Assembly (NCBI RefSeq): GCF_009914755.1
Contig: NC_060937.1
Direction: 5' to 3' (one strand)
Source of the DNA: the human T2T-CHM13v2.0 reference genome, Homo sapiens
DNA length: 64,000 bases
The notes below the pieces were generated by a model. It searched no databases and had not been told where the DNA came from. It saw nothing but the letters and a program-made list of their open reading frames with translations. Every line of letters begins with the position of its first letter. Within the stretch, counting starts at the first letter, position 1. The position numbers and the translations under genes are program-made. Below are positions 1 to 18,894 of the stretch, one piece after another.

Positions 1-112
1 TTCAGTCTTTGGTGATGGGTTTACTAGAAGCCCAAATGCCAGCATCACTAAACATACCCATGTAACAAGCCTACACATGTACCCTCTGAATTTAAGATAA
101 AATGAAAATTAA
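1..112 (+). mobile_element. 3' end of an old L1 (L1MA/L1PB-like)
   Basis: L1 3'UTR terminal motif 'catgtaacaagcctacacatgtaccctctgaa' followed by an A-rich tail. Confidence 0.7.
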
Positions 113-180
113 AATATCAACTGTCTCAAATACACTCAATGGGATGAAAGAAACCATAGTAAAGAGCTAAAGTAAATAAG

Positions 181-5630
<5,450 letters not shown>

Positions 5631-5634
5631 AACT

Positions 5635-6002
5635 TTCCTCTAGCTGTTCCTTCTGTTTCAAATGTGTCTATTTGACTAACTCTCTTACTTCTTTCAAGTC
5701 TTTCTTGAAACTCTATTTCTTACTGAAGCCTATCCTGACCTTCCTATGTATAATTTCAAACTTCAACCTGACCATAACACCTACTTTTACTTCCTGACTC
5801 CCCTTTCTCTTTATTCTTTTTAAAATAACTTATCATTTTTTAATACATTATTTATCTCTTTTATGTGTATTGTTTGTTTTTTAACGAGGTATAAGCTAAG
5901 TTTCCCCAAATTTGTAATCTCTGTTTTACTCAAATACAAACAGCTATGCCCAGCACACAGCTCATGCTCTATCAATATTTGTTGAATGAATGAGTAAATG
6001 AT
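5635..6002 (+). mobile_element. L2 3' fragment
   Basis: Ends with the L2 terminal motif 'gcccagcacacag...caatatttgttgaatgaatgagtaaatga'. Confidence 0.7.
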
Positions 6003-9000
6003 TAAAATCCTATACTAAACAGCACTTTTCAGTGGAAGAATGCTGGATTTTATTTGAAAATCGCACATGGCAATATGTTGGGGATTTTTGTGATTAGGCT
6101 TAGTGAAAGAAGGCAGTTTTCACACTTATTTATGCTTGTTAGTCTTTAACTTATTTCATACTTGTTAGTCTTTCCTTTTGTTACCATAAATGACTATGAC
6201 TAAATAATATAATACCATTTGAGGAATATATACTGGTTTCATTCAATAGAATGCCCTTGTAAATATGCAATATATGAACAAGTTTAACTGAAGATTTTAT
6301 ATTCTTCAATGTTTTTCTTGTCCTATATTTTCTGACAGTCCTGCCACATAGGCTGAGAAACATAGGCATTGATCTAGTTATCTCTGGAGTAATCATATAT
6401 TTTTTAAATGCACATTGGCTTTTGGGAAATGCCTTTTGATACATCATACAAGAACAAAATTGTATCAAGGCTAACGTTAAGAAAAGAGACTCGTTTACCG
6501 AATCAAAATTAGTCTCTGTGGGTGTGGAATTGAAATCAAATTTCTGTTAAATAGGGCCCCAAGAAATCGGTTGTAACCAGCAGTTAATGACCAGCTTGCT
6601 AACAGCTTGAGGCAAAGCCAAGGGCAGTTAACACTCCAACAAATTAGTTGTTAACTGTGTTAATGACTGATTTTGCAGGGATTATTGCTATTATAAACAG
6701 TCATCAATCTAGCTTTACCACTGAGTCTAGAAAAATTTGCAGCCAAAAAAGATTTTTATGCCCTCAGTTTGATACTCTGGATTCTAGTTAATATGATGAT
6801 CTAAAATCATAAAATGCCAGATTTCCTGCTTTGCTGAGAGTAAAACTCATAAAAATTTACTTTTCTTCTCCATATTTGTAGTATAAATATATAAGATAAT
6901 TAGTCATGAGAATCAATAAGAAAATATAATACAAATATGCAAATTTATTCTTATTTTGCATGTATATTCATGCTTAATTTGTTAAAGTATGCATTTTAAA
7001 ATCACAGGACACCATTAAAAAAACGGTCAATGATAGTAGTTTAGCATCTCTGGCAAAATTTTCAGTCAAAAATGGCAAACAGAAAATATAAAATAGATTC
7101 ATATAAGATAAAACTAAATTTTGGAAAGTTAAGTCCAAAATTATTTAACAACAAAATACATACATATGAGATCTATATTAATCTTAAATTGTGGATATTG
7201 TTTTAAAGTAAATTTCTTGTTTGCCTGTGAATAAATTAGAAAAACATGAGAGTATTTTTAAACTGTATTTTAACCAAAAACATACTATGAGACTAACATT
7301 TAATTTTATAATATTTTAAAATTACTTGATTTTAATTAACTTTTAATTCTAATCCATTGCCCATATCACATTTTGTAATATATATTTTTAACATAGTGAA
7401 AGTGTATATTGTTTTTTCCGTGGTTTAACTCTGTGGTTTATTGTATTGTTGAAGTTATTTTAAATGCAATTTCAGAAGTGTCATTATTTACATATTTGAA
7501 ATAGCTTCCTGTATATATTTTATAAGTACAGATATAGCCACTGGAATTTACAATAATAACGTATTTTTATTGTTATAAATGTATTTTTAAGTAAATGGTT
7601 ATAAAGATAAGTTATTAATGGTTTTACTATACTCTCCACATCCAAGTTTCTGCAATTAAAGTTGCATTTCAAAGTATGTAACTATTTGCAAAATTAAAAT
7701 ACACAGTGTTCTGTTTTTCTTAAACTATAATGGGTAAAGTTGGTTACTTTTGTAACATAAACCCTTTATTTCAGAAGCTATTTTTCTATTCGACTAAAAA
7801 TTTATTTGCAATTTGTTATATTAACAAAATACCTAGAAATAACCTGTGATGTTAAGAAAATAAAAATCAAAGCATCTAGTGCCCACATAATTAAAGGTAA
7901 TTACTGAGTTTGTGTAATCATCTTAAATCTCTAATTTGATATGGGTACTAGAAATAATGGAAATGATGTTCATCTTGAATGAATCTATTTTCACTCACTA
8001 CATTTCAATCTGTTTCAATCTTCTATTAATGTAAAATTTGAAAAGTTCTTTGCAGACTTTTTACAAAATTCCCATTTATTTTATAATTGTCTCATGAATT
8101 ACCTTTTTAAAAAATATTTTGTAAGCAATCTGTGACCTTTAGACTGCTTGAGTCTGTATAACATTGACATAAACTCTGTTAATTTAGTAATTATTTCAGC
8201 ATATTTCCAAGTGTTTGATTTATATTTATTCTCAGTTAAGTTTATAATCTTTCAACATAGAAAATTTATGTATATGCATTTTATCTCCTTAATAAAGATA
8301 TTCCAACCTTCTCTATAACATGATCAGTTTTAATGGTCAGTTCTACTTTTTCTTTTTCTGTTCCGCTATGTATGATAGCTGTTTTCACATTTGAATTCTG
8401 CAACACATATCGAAGTAGCAAACATGGATGGAATGCCTACACTCAATGCTGGCCTTCACATCAAGATTACATATTTCATATTTTAGAAGTTTAATATTTT
8501 AATCAAGAATTTTAACTCACTGTTTTACTCTGGCCTTTGATAATGTCAGACTCTTTTTTTAAATTGTATGCTTTTAAAATCCAACAATTTAATTGAAATT
8601 TTGTTGTTTTTCTTTCCTAGGGAAATATATCCTCTTTTGTTCTTTTGATCTATTATTTTATTCTAATAATCTTTGGTTTGTCTTATCTTTAGTACCTGGT
8701 TCTCCCAGAACTTTTGTTTTATACTGATTACTTACAATGCTGTTTATGGCCTACATATAATTTACGCTATTGAAATTATTGTCCCCAATACACTCTAAAC
8801 ACATACAAAAAAAATGAGGGACTTGACACCAGAAGGACATTTAGTTTTTCTTATGCTATTACATCTTTCTTTGTTTTACTTAAGAGAGAGTCAAGTTTTA
8901 ACTGTAATCTTCTTTCACCCATGATGTCTTAAATGTAACTAGATGTCTAAATAAGCTTAATTCTTATTAAAATTTATCTGTGCCACACAATTTATCACTG

Positions 9001-9164
9001 TCCAAAGTTATTAACTTTTTTCTTATGTTTATTTCACTTGTTTTCTTAACTAATTTTAAAGTTTTTGTATATAAGAAATTATTCCATATTGTTTCTTGAT
9101 ATTCTATACCTTTATTTGGTGTATTATATTAAATAGAGGGTAAATGCGTATAGTATGAAATTTA

Positions 9165-9456
9165 GGCCAGGCACAGTGGCTCTAGCCTGTAATCCCAGCA
9201 CTTTGGAAGGCCAAGGCAGGTGGATCACTTGAGGTCAGGGGTTCAAGACCAGCCTGGTCAACATGGTGAAACCCCCCTCTCTACTAAAAAATACAAAAAT
9301 TAGACGGGCTGTAATCCCAGCTACTAAGGAGGGTGAGGCAGGAGAATCCGTTGAACCCAGGAGGCAGAGGTTGCACTGAGCCAAGACTGCGCCACTGCAC
9401 TTCTGCCTGGGTGACAGAGAGGGACTCCATCTCCATCTGGAAAAAAAAAAAAAAAA
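9165..9456 (+). mobile_element. Alu (AluS-type) with a short deletion at the start of the right arm
   Basis: Alu motifs, poly-A tail, TSD GAAATTTA on both sides. Confidence 0.95.
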
Positions 9457-9544
9457 GAAATTTAATGAATTAGAGGAAAACTCTTACACTTAACACACAT
9501 TTTAGGTTACTAAAATTAACTATTGGACTAAATTAATTCAAGGC

Positions 9545-10700
9545 ATCTTCAAGTTAGAATTGTAGCAAGTCAGAAGAGATTGTCACTCCCATCCTAATGA
9601 TGAGATCTACTAGATAAATTGCAAAATCATAAAAAAAAAAACATATTGGGCAGTTGAGAAGTCTAAACAAGCCTAAACGAACTAAAATTCAGAAAATGAT
9701 GAGCCTTCCCTCCAGTGGCATATTTTATAGCTTCTTTCCTCCCTGGATGACATGCAGGTCTTGGAAGATCAAATATGGATGAGAGTAAGGAGGAACTGAT
9801 TACGTTTTAAATAACTTTAATGGTTGCATATCAGCTAGTGTCAGGGATTAGAATTTTGTGGGGTCCTAACTGCAACCCAACAACTCTATCGCACAATCCC
9901 TTATAAGATCTCAGAGTTAGTACATCAAACAGCCAAAGAGCTCGTTTATATTCATATCCCTTTAAATTATCCCAGGACTTCACAGATTGCAGGACATTGG
10001 CTGCTGAAGATGAAGGTGGGCAGTTATACTGTGATTCTTACAGTGTTTTTCCTATGGGCAAAGCTGTGGTTCACAGAATTCAAGGAGAAGGGCTGGAGAG
10101 CTAAAATAAATTGAACTTATTTGCTAAAATAATTAAATCAAAATGCTGAACTCATTTGAAGGGTTTTCTTGCACCCTGGACACAACTAAATAAAGTGTCA
10201 ATGACTATGAAAAGAGTTCACTGGAAATTATCCAAAATGGAAACAGAGAAAAATGAAAGAGAGATAATAGGACAAAAGAAATATCTGGAGAGAGAATGCA
10301 AAAGGCTTAAAGGTAACAACTCACAAAGGATCTGTGATCAATTCACAGATCCAAGAAGCTCAGCAAACCTCAAGCTAGATAATACAAATAAAGCCATGCA
10401 AATCAGAGTCAAATGGTTGAAAACCATGGAAGATAGTTGGCTTCTTAACAGAAACAATGGAGACCAGAAGACAATGGAATAATATTTTTTAATTGCTAAA
10501 AAAACATGAAGCCTAGAATCTGTATGTTGGAGAAATTACACTCAAAAGTAAAAACAAATAGATTTAGCTGGCCAGAAGCTGAAATAACTAGTTGTCAGAC
10601 AAACTAAGCTGAAAGAAATGTTATAAGAAATGTTTGAAGCTAAAAGAAAATAAAAGAAGATAGAAGACTGAATTTGAGAAAAATAAAATAATAAATAATA
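9545..10700 (+). mobile_element. Ancient L1M 5'/ORF1 fragments
   Basis: ORF1-like 'cagatccaagaagctcagcaaacctcaagc' and 'cagaaacaatggagaccagaagacaatggaataatattttt'; highly diverged. Confidence 0.55.
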
Positions 10701-11085
10701 AAATTTTGTATTTTGCAGCCCCTTTTCTATAAAATTGAGTAAAATAATAAATAATTGTGGTAAATATTAGCAATACCAAAGAACCTACATATTGTATAGG
10801 CTTTTGAAGAAACTTGTTCACAAAGCATCTGTTTTTGACCTTTCAGAAATTTCCTTCAGTGCCCAAGAGCTGGGACAATTTCTCTAAGGGCTTTGAGGTA
10901 TGTAGTACTATTTTTTCATGTATTCATCAATAATCTGTTATATTAATTTAATTAAAATCCTATTGTATTTACTACTGTCATTATATCTATTTTACAGCAT
11001 ATTTATATAGGAAGGAGCCTCTTAGGTTATCAGCTGCTTACTGAGAATATGTAATATTATATAATGCCCCAGGGTTTCCCTAACT

Positions 11086-11617
11086 CAGGGGTCATCAAGC
11101 CACAGGGCCACAGACCAGTGACAGTCTGTGACCTGCTAGGAACCAGGCCACTCATCAAGAGAAGAGAGGAGCATGGGCGAGGGAAGCTTCCTCTGTATTT
11201 AAGCCACTCCCCATCGCTTGCATTAATGCTGGAGTTCCACCTCCTGTTAAATCAGCTGCAGCATTAGATTCTCACAGGAGCATGAACCCTAAAGTGGACT
11301 GTGCTGCAAGGGATCTGGGTTGCACGTTCCTTATGAAACTCTAATGCCTGATGATCTGTTACTGTCTCCCACCACCCTCAGATGGGACTGTCTAGTTGCA
11401 GGAAGACAAGCTCAGGGATCCCACTGATTCTACATTATGGTGAGTTGTATAATTATTTCATTAAGTATTATGATGTAATAATAATAAAAATGAAGTGCAC
11501 AAGAAATGTAATGCACTTGAGTCATCCTGAAACCATCCCTTCACCCACATCCCAGTCCATGGAAAATTGTCTTCCACAAAACCCAGTCCCTGGTGCCAAA
11601 AAGTTTGAGGACCACTG
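11086..11617. mobile_element. MER1A (hAT-Charlie DNA transposon), full length
   Basis: TIRs CAGGGGTC / GACCACTG; 8-bp TSD CCCTAACT / CCCTAAAT; internal 'gcagcattagattctcacaggagcatgaaccct'. Confidence 0.9.
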
Positions 11618-12791
11618 CCCTAAATGTATTAGTTGTTTGACAAGATACATGAAAACTCAATGCTGCTGCCCCCTCCTTTTATTAACAAGATCTGTTATAT
11701 TAAAGACATTCCCATCAAAGGATCTCTAGATGCAGGTACGAAAAAAGAGATGAAAAACATCATCATCATATATCATAACTATTTTAAGAATATTACCTCC
11801 TTATTAATTTATGCCATTTAATTTTACAAAAAAAGAATAACTGCATTTTTATGTAATATTTGTTCCACATTAAATACTTATTCATGATACCTTTCTTTAA
11901 CTGTCACTTCAGGGACTAAAGCATATATTTGGGCATCTAACATCACATTTTGAAAACAGCACTACTAAAACATTAGGGCAGATTGTCACTATAGAAAAAT
12001 GGATTATCCACCCAAGTAATAGTGTCATTCATCTAGATTTGAGGTCTGTTGAGGTGTTCATGAAATAAGAGCTAATTTTTTCTCCCTGAGACACCAAACA
12101 TCTAGATTAAAATGAGGGAAAAAATGGCTACTGATTCCAATGCATCTAAAGGTAGAGACACTTTATAAAATTCAGCATTCCTCCTTGGCTCAGGAAATAA
12201 CGTATTTTAGAAAAATAATTGTATACTTGGATTAATTGGAAGTCTACAGTTTCATTGAACATTGTCAATCTCAGGAATTAAAATATTATGATATAAACTA
12301 AAACAGTAGGATTTTCTTGAAAATAATTGAAACCATACTAAATCATGTGTTTTTCTGAATATGCTTTTAGTTATATTGTGGCATCATAATAAAATCTTGT
12401 GCCATTTTACAGCCTGTGTTAGAACAAATTACAAAATATCTGCCAAATTTGTGCTGAACTTAAAACTTGTATCAGAAATTATGATTCCCAATAACTATTT
12501 AATTAATTTACGTTTGGTGACCTGAGTAAAAAACATGTATACGTAATAATGTTTAATATTTATACTTATGATTTATGGAGCAACTGCTAGTCCTGACTTT
12601 ATAGGAATCAATAATTTGAACTAAAGATATTTTGCTCTCTGATAACCTCAAAATTGACATAGTTGCTGTTTTGAATTTTACACACGTAGAAGATCATAGT
12701 TTAGTTGTCGTATCTTTTACATAGTTAATCCCTACTATTTCAAACTTCAGTCATTATCCCCTCGGGTATTCAAATTTTACCAGATGTACCT

Positions 12792-13600
12792 ATATTAGTC
12801 AGAATATTGATGCTCAAAGATGTACAAACCTAATCCCCAGAAACAGTAAATATGTTACATTACATGGCAAATAGAAATAGGATTGCAGATAGAATTAAAA
12901 TTGCTTACCAGCCTGGCACAGTGGCTCACGCCTGTAATCCCAGTACTTTGGGAGGCCGAGGGGGGCAGATCACGAGGTCAGGAGAGCGAGACCATCCTGG
13001 CTAACACAGTGAAACCCCATCTTTACTAAAAATACAAAAATTAGCTGGGCGTGGTGGCGGACGCCTGTAATCCCAGCTACTCAGGAGGCTGAGGCAGGAG
13101 AATCGCTTGAACACGGGAGGCGGAGATTATGATGAGCCAAGATCGCGCAACTGCACCCTAACCTGGCGACAGAACGAGACTGTCTCAAAAAGAAAAAAAA
13201 AAAGAAAAAGAAAAGAAAAAAATTGCTTACCCAGCTGTCCTTAAAATTTGGAGATTATTTTAGAGTATCTATGTAGGCTGGGTGTAAACAAAGGGACCTG
13301 TAAAGTGGAAGAAGGAGACAGAAGAGGAGGTGAGAGTAATGTGATGTGAGAACTGGACCCACTGTTGCTGGTTTTGAAGATGAAAAAGTGATCATGCATG
13401 TTAGTGACCTTTGAAAGCTGGAAAGGGCAAGGAAATGGATTATTTCTTAGAGCTTCCAGAAGGAATGCTGCCCTAACGAAACCTTGACTTTAGCCCAGTG
13501 AAACTCATTTCAAACTTCTGACTCACAAAACTAAGTTAAAAGTTAGTGTTATAATCCTCTAAGATTTGGTAGTGTGTTGCACAGCAGTAGAACACTAAAA
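12792..13600. mobile_element. MLT1 (ERVL-MaLR) LTR interrupted by an Alu
   Basis: Motifs 'taatccccagaaacagtaaatatgttacattacatggcaaa' and 'tagagcttccagaaggaatgctgccct...accttgactttagcccagtgaaact'. Confidence 0.75.
12910..13218 (+). mobile_element. Alu (AluSc/Y-like)
   Basis: Diagnostic 'gatcacgaggtcaggag...accatcctggctaacac'; TSD AAAATTGCTTACC on both sides. Confidence 0.95.
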
Positions 13601-14032
13601 GAGTACCATAACATTTAATTAGTAAACTTGGAGATATTTTTGATGGTTCTATTGCTTTAGAAAAGCTAATGTCTTTTCTCTATGAATTGTTAGGAGCTTT
13701 GTGATAGAGAATTTTTATCTTTTCTTTATCTTCACCCTACCATGTGACTTGTACAGAGCAGGCCCCTGGCAGATATTTTTTGAAATGCTTTACATAATGT
13801 GACTGTGAAACTCGATAGAACTAAAAGTTATACATAGTTTAGAAGACAAGTTTATTGGTATATTTGCCAAAAACTGCCTGAGCAGAAACAAATGAAATGC
13901 AAGTGGTAAGTCATGACATTCGACCAGTATTTTTTCTTTCCCTGTGAATACATTTTAAAAATACACATCAATATTAGTTCACACATATAATTTTTTACAC
14001 TATTATATAAAATGAGATGATTTTAATTATAT

Positions 14033-15689
14033 TCATGGCAGCAGCAGCCCTTCTTAAGTGGCTGCTGCCATGATGCCATCTGCAGTGGCGGAGGTGCAGC
14101 CAGGGCTACGTGCTCCACGGCGCTGGCAGGAGCCAGGAACAGGTGGAAGCCCCACCCCCAACCAAGTTGGGAGGGTGGAAGCTTCAGGCTCCCTGGCACA
14201 GGTGCAGCCACCCAGTCGTGACTCTGGACCCAGGCCTCCCTATGCTATTGGGGCCTGGGAGCAGGCAGGAGCCCTTGCCTCCTGGGCACAGCTGCAGCTG
14301 CCCAGCTGCTGCTGCAGACTCAGGAATCCCTTCACCTCTGCACTCTTGGGGGCCTAGGAAGCCTCCCTTCCCCCACAGTATCAGAAGTGCCTAATCCTGC
14401 TGCCTGGCCTCTTCCTGCTCTTGGTGCTTGCTCCGATTTCAGAGCAAATTGAGGCCAAGCCTGGGTGCTGTTGCAACCCACCAGGTGTGTGCACACTCAG
14501 AGAAGGTCTGACATGCCAGCTCTCTGCCACTTCAGCCCCCTCTGGATGTTAGGTACTGATGAGCATGAGAGGGAGGCTAAGGGGGTGCTGAGAGCCGCTT
14601 GGTGTGGGTCTGCAGGCACCCCTTGGCACAAACAGCCTAGGTGCCATGGGAATATTGGATGGCAGGTTAATGGTGGCAGGAGGGAGACAGGCTCCTGGGC
14701 AGAAAGGGACAGGTCCCTGGTGAAACCCCACCTTCAGGCCAGAAAGGGCCTGAGGCCTGCGGGCCAGGCTGCCAGTTCTGTGGGCCAGAGTGAGAACTTA
14801 CGGTGCTTTTTCTGGGCGTGCCCATGGCTGCCCATAGACCAATCAGCATGCACTTCCTCCCTTCTGAGGTCCATAAAAATGCCAGACTCAGCCAGACTCA
14901 AGCAGATGATGGGACAACCTGCCTGCACAGAGGAACTGCCCACTGTGGGTCTCCTCTCTGCTGGGAGCTAGCTACTCACTAGGATGACCTGCGTGCAGGG
15001 AGGAGAAGACCCACTGCAGGTCTTCTCTGAGCTGTTTTGCAGTTCAATGAAGCACCTTTTCACCTGGATCATCTCACTTGTCTGCTTACTTCATTCTTCC
15101 TAGATGTGGGAAAAGAACTCAAGACTCGCCAAATTGCAGGGCTGAAAGTGCTGTAACACAAACAGGGCTGAAACAGGCCCCTTACTTGCCACATTGTAGG
15201 CGACGAGAGAAAGAAAAGAGAGAAGAGCTGTGACCCTTTGGGGAGCCCAGACCTAGCAGCTCCCCAAGCCAGGGCTGTGACACTCTCTTTGGGGCTCTGC
15301 AGTTCCTGGCATCTCCAAGTTTCTGGACACCACCACGTTCCCTGGTGCTTGCAATGGAAACTGCTTGCTGTATTTCTGGTCCAGCCACAGCATCAAAGGG
15401 AGGTGGCACCCATGCTGGTGCCTGGAGCCCCCCACCCTGCCACAGCCAGTGTACTTGACTGTAAGCAGTGACCAGACCCCACACTCACTTGCTCTTGCAC
15501 CCCTAGTCGCTCCACGCCTGGCTCGCCCTTAGCAGGCATGGGATCTGGGCAGGTAGCGCAAGCCAAGTGCAACCTGTCAGAGCAACTGGGCTTAACGAGC
15601 CCAGTGGGCCTGAGCAAAACTTAGGCAAAGGCAACACTGGCCACCGAGGTATCTGGCTGGTGAAGTGACAACCCTAGGATCCTGTGACC
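14033..15689. mobile_element. MER52 (ERV1) solo LTR, ~1.65 kb, GC-rich
   Basis: Starts 'tcatggcagcagcagccc...gctgccatgatgcc' and ends 'ggatcctgtgac'; 4-bp TSD ATAT; CCAAT box at ~14839 and a TATA-like 'cataaaa' suggest + sense. Confidence 0.8.
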
Positions 15690-16145
15690 ATATGACCTGT
15701 TGATTTGTGCATCATCTCTTCTATACATCCTTCATAAAATAAGGATACTATTACTCTTGCTGACTTACTTTTTTATACTCACTGATGTTGAAAATTTATA
15801 TATAGCATTATGAAAAGCCACAAGTTAATATTAACCAGCAACAATTATTTATTTATTCAATTCCCCTTGAAATGATTGGCTGAGTTTTTTCCTAAATATA
15901 TCTAAATAAACATAACTTACCTTCAGCTTAATTTTGCCTCTGCTCCTGAAATGTGCTCTCATGTGCAACAAAATAATTTTGATGTCATTTATCTGAAATA
16001 TTTGATACATTTTCATTATTCACAACTTATAAAAACAGAAAAATAAAATGACAGAACCACTTCTATGCTATATGCCTCCTCTCACATTTGATCACTTCTT
16101 CAATGACTTCCTCTAAATCTTTCTTCGTAATTCCTCTTACCCTCT

Positions 16146-16497
16146 TGTCTGAGTTCATTTGGGCTACTATAACAGAATACCATAGGCTGGCTAGCTTATA
16201 AACAACATAAATTTATTTCTCACAGTTTTGGAGACTGAGAAGTCCAAGATGAAGGTGACAAAAGATTTGGTGTCTGGTGAGGGACCACTTCAATGGCCAT
16301 CTTCTTGCTGTAACCTCACATGTTGGAGGGGGCAGTGGAGTTCTCTGGAGTCTCTCTCGTAAAGGCCCTAATTCTATCTATGAGGGCTCCACGCTCATGA
16401 CCTAATCACCTTCCAAAGGCCCCACCTCCTGATACCATTATATTGTGGGTTGGGATTTAAACATATGAATTTTGAGGGAACACAAATTTGCAGTACC
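16146..16497. mobile_element. MLT1A LTR
   Basis: 'tgtctgagttcatttgggctactataacagaataccataggctgg...ctcatgacctaatcaccttccaaaggccccacctcct'. Confidence 0.85.
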
Positions 16498-17613
16498 TCC
16501 TAAATATTTAGACTTTTTCTCTTACTTTCAATATTTTGCACTGCACAGTTTTAAGCATATTTAGTTAACGGCAAAATGGAATTTATTTCCTCACATTTGC
16601 CTCTTTTTTATGTAATCATATCATGATATCATCTGCTTTGTTTATGTAGAGAAGAATTCTATATACCCTTTTAGAAGATATTGAGTGGACTTAATCAGTA
16701 CAACTGTGTTGCATTAACTTTTATATAAGCCAAATTCCTGAAATTATATATGTGCATGCATACACACACACAGACTCTTACAGCCTTTGAGGAACGGTTG
16801 AACATATGGACATGTCATTCCGAAACTCGTCAGACCTGGGAATAGAAATTGTTTTACAACATTGTTGTCTTCCTTTCTTATATCTAGAAATATTATAGAG
16901 TTAGTAGTGTTAACTCTTTCATGTAAATTTTTATAACCATAGTTTAGTATAAATATGGAAAAAATTCTGGTTTTTTAAACCAAATATAGCTTACTTATAT
17001 ACTTAAACTAGGCAGAGAAAACTTTACTGAGAAGTCAATCTTGTCCACTCTCAACTGCTTTGATAATAATGTGTGTCATATTAATAACAACTTGCTTTTT
17101 GAGTATTCACTTTAGTTATTTCAGTGTTACCTGCATTATCTTGGAAGCACATGGACTATAATCACTCTGGGGGACTTAACTCCCTGTCTTTACTGGATTT
17201 AAATGACACTTCACTTACTTCCCTACTTTAAATTTCATTTATAATGGAGTTAACATCGGTGGTCTCATAATTATATAACTTCTTTATACCCATACTCTGC
17301 TTACTGACCATCAATATTATAACATTCCTTTACTGCATTCACAGTTATTTAAGAAATGGTTGCTGAATTTCGGGGTCTACTTAACTTTATTTCATCACTG
17401 TCAACCTCCTCAAATACCTAGTCAATCCCACTTGGCCTATTTGCTAGACCTCCTGGGCATGAATTTCTTTCATCAAATTGGCTACCATGCCCTCTGCAAG
17501 AAGGTATACTGACATGTAATTTGTTCACTGTCCTCTGTTGTCATGTGCTAATTTCAGAGAGTGTTGCTCTACTTGTCCTATATGGCCCCACAGCTCAGAA
17601 TCTAAAAAAGCTA

Positions 17614-18894
17614 TAGAGCTGGCTTCACGAATGTGTGACCTTTGCAGTTGTACTGTGCTTGATTTAATGCTCTGTTTTTGCTGCTTTGAATTTCTTAATT
17701 GAATTTCAGTCCAATGTCTTAATTTCTGGAAAGGGTCTTTGTCTGAACAAAGGCAATGGATCATGTGCATGAAAGGAGGTGATCCATGTAACATCCGTGT
17801 CTCCCATTCCTTGCCAACCCATTCAACTATAGCACTTGTGACACCCCATAACCAGAGTTTTGTAAGCACTCAAAATGTTTAGAGCTTGAGCAAGCCACAA
17901 AGCCAGTAAAAAGTACAAGAAAGCCTACATTTTCCACTCAAATGATAACTTTTTCCAAACACAGAAAGAAAGTGATAGCATTCTACCAAATGTGAATCAC
18001 CAGGCAGCTCTACAATATTCTTTCTTACTTGTGCTACTTCCTTGGATAGCCTATGACTTATATTCAAAACAATGACATGGGAGGGGAAAGATGAGGAAAT
18101 CCATAATCCCTTTTTTCAATCATTCCTTAATCATCAGTAAGTTTGAAGTAGAGAGAGTTGGTAGAATATGCACGTATCATAATTACAAGAAGCACAATTC
18201 AGCCAGTGTTGTGCAGCATTTCTGCTGTTTTGTTAACAATAAAGCAGATAGTTGTGTTTGAGCTGTGAAATACTAATTATGGGCTGGGTGTAGTAGCTCA
18301 TGCCTGTAATCACAACATTTTGGAAGGCCGAGGTGGGAGGATCACTTGAGCCCAGGAATTTGAGCAGCCTAGGCAACATAGTGAGAACCTGTCTCTACAA
18401 AAATAAATAAATAAATGAATAAATAAAATTAACTGGGTGTGGTGGCACACGTCTGTGGTCCCAGCTACTCTGGAGGCTGAGGCAGAAAGATTGCTGGAGC
18501 CCAGGAGTCAGAGGTGAGGTGAGGCTGCAGTGACCTATGATCACACCACTATACTCAGGCTTGGGAGACAGAGCAAGGCCCTGACTAAAAAGGGAAAAAA
18601 AGAAAGAAATATGAATTGTATATTTTGGGTAATTTTGCATACAAGTTAAGTATTTTATATTTGCCTTTAAAATTGCATTGTACGATATAAAAATAAATGG
18701 CTAATTCAAGCTAATAAATAAATTTTTATTTTACCTTACTTAGAAAAATATTAAATCACAATGAGTCAAGAAGGAGCCAATGAAAGAAAAAACCTTTATG
18801 TTTTAATATTTTAATAACACTATTTTTGCTTTTTGAATAAGATATCCCAATTTTCAGTTTGTATTATTTCCTGCAAATTATCTAGCCACCCCTG
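17614..18894. mobile_element. MER45-family (hAT-Tip100) DNA transposon interrupted by an Alu
   Basis: Termini 'tagagctggcttca' and 'ctgcaaattatctagccacccctg' match MER45 TIRs. Confidence 0.65.
18281..18608 (+). mobile_element. AluJ
   Basis: AluJ diagnostics 'ggaggatcacttgagcccagga' and 'gaggctgcagtgacctatgatcacaccact'; (AAAT)n linker. Confidence 0.9.

Noticed and set aside
14023-15617. Cluster of overlapping ORFs up to 168 aa
   Set aside because: Lies within the GC-rich MER52 LTR; no recognisable domain; ORFs on both strands are expected from low stop-codon frequency
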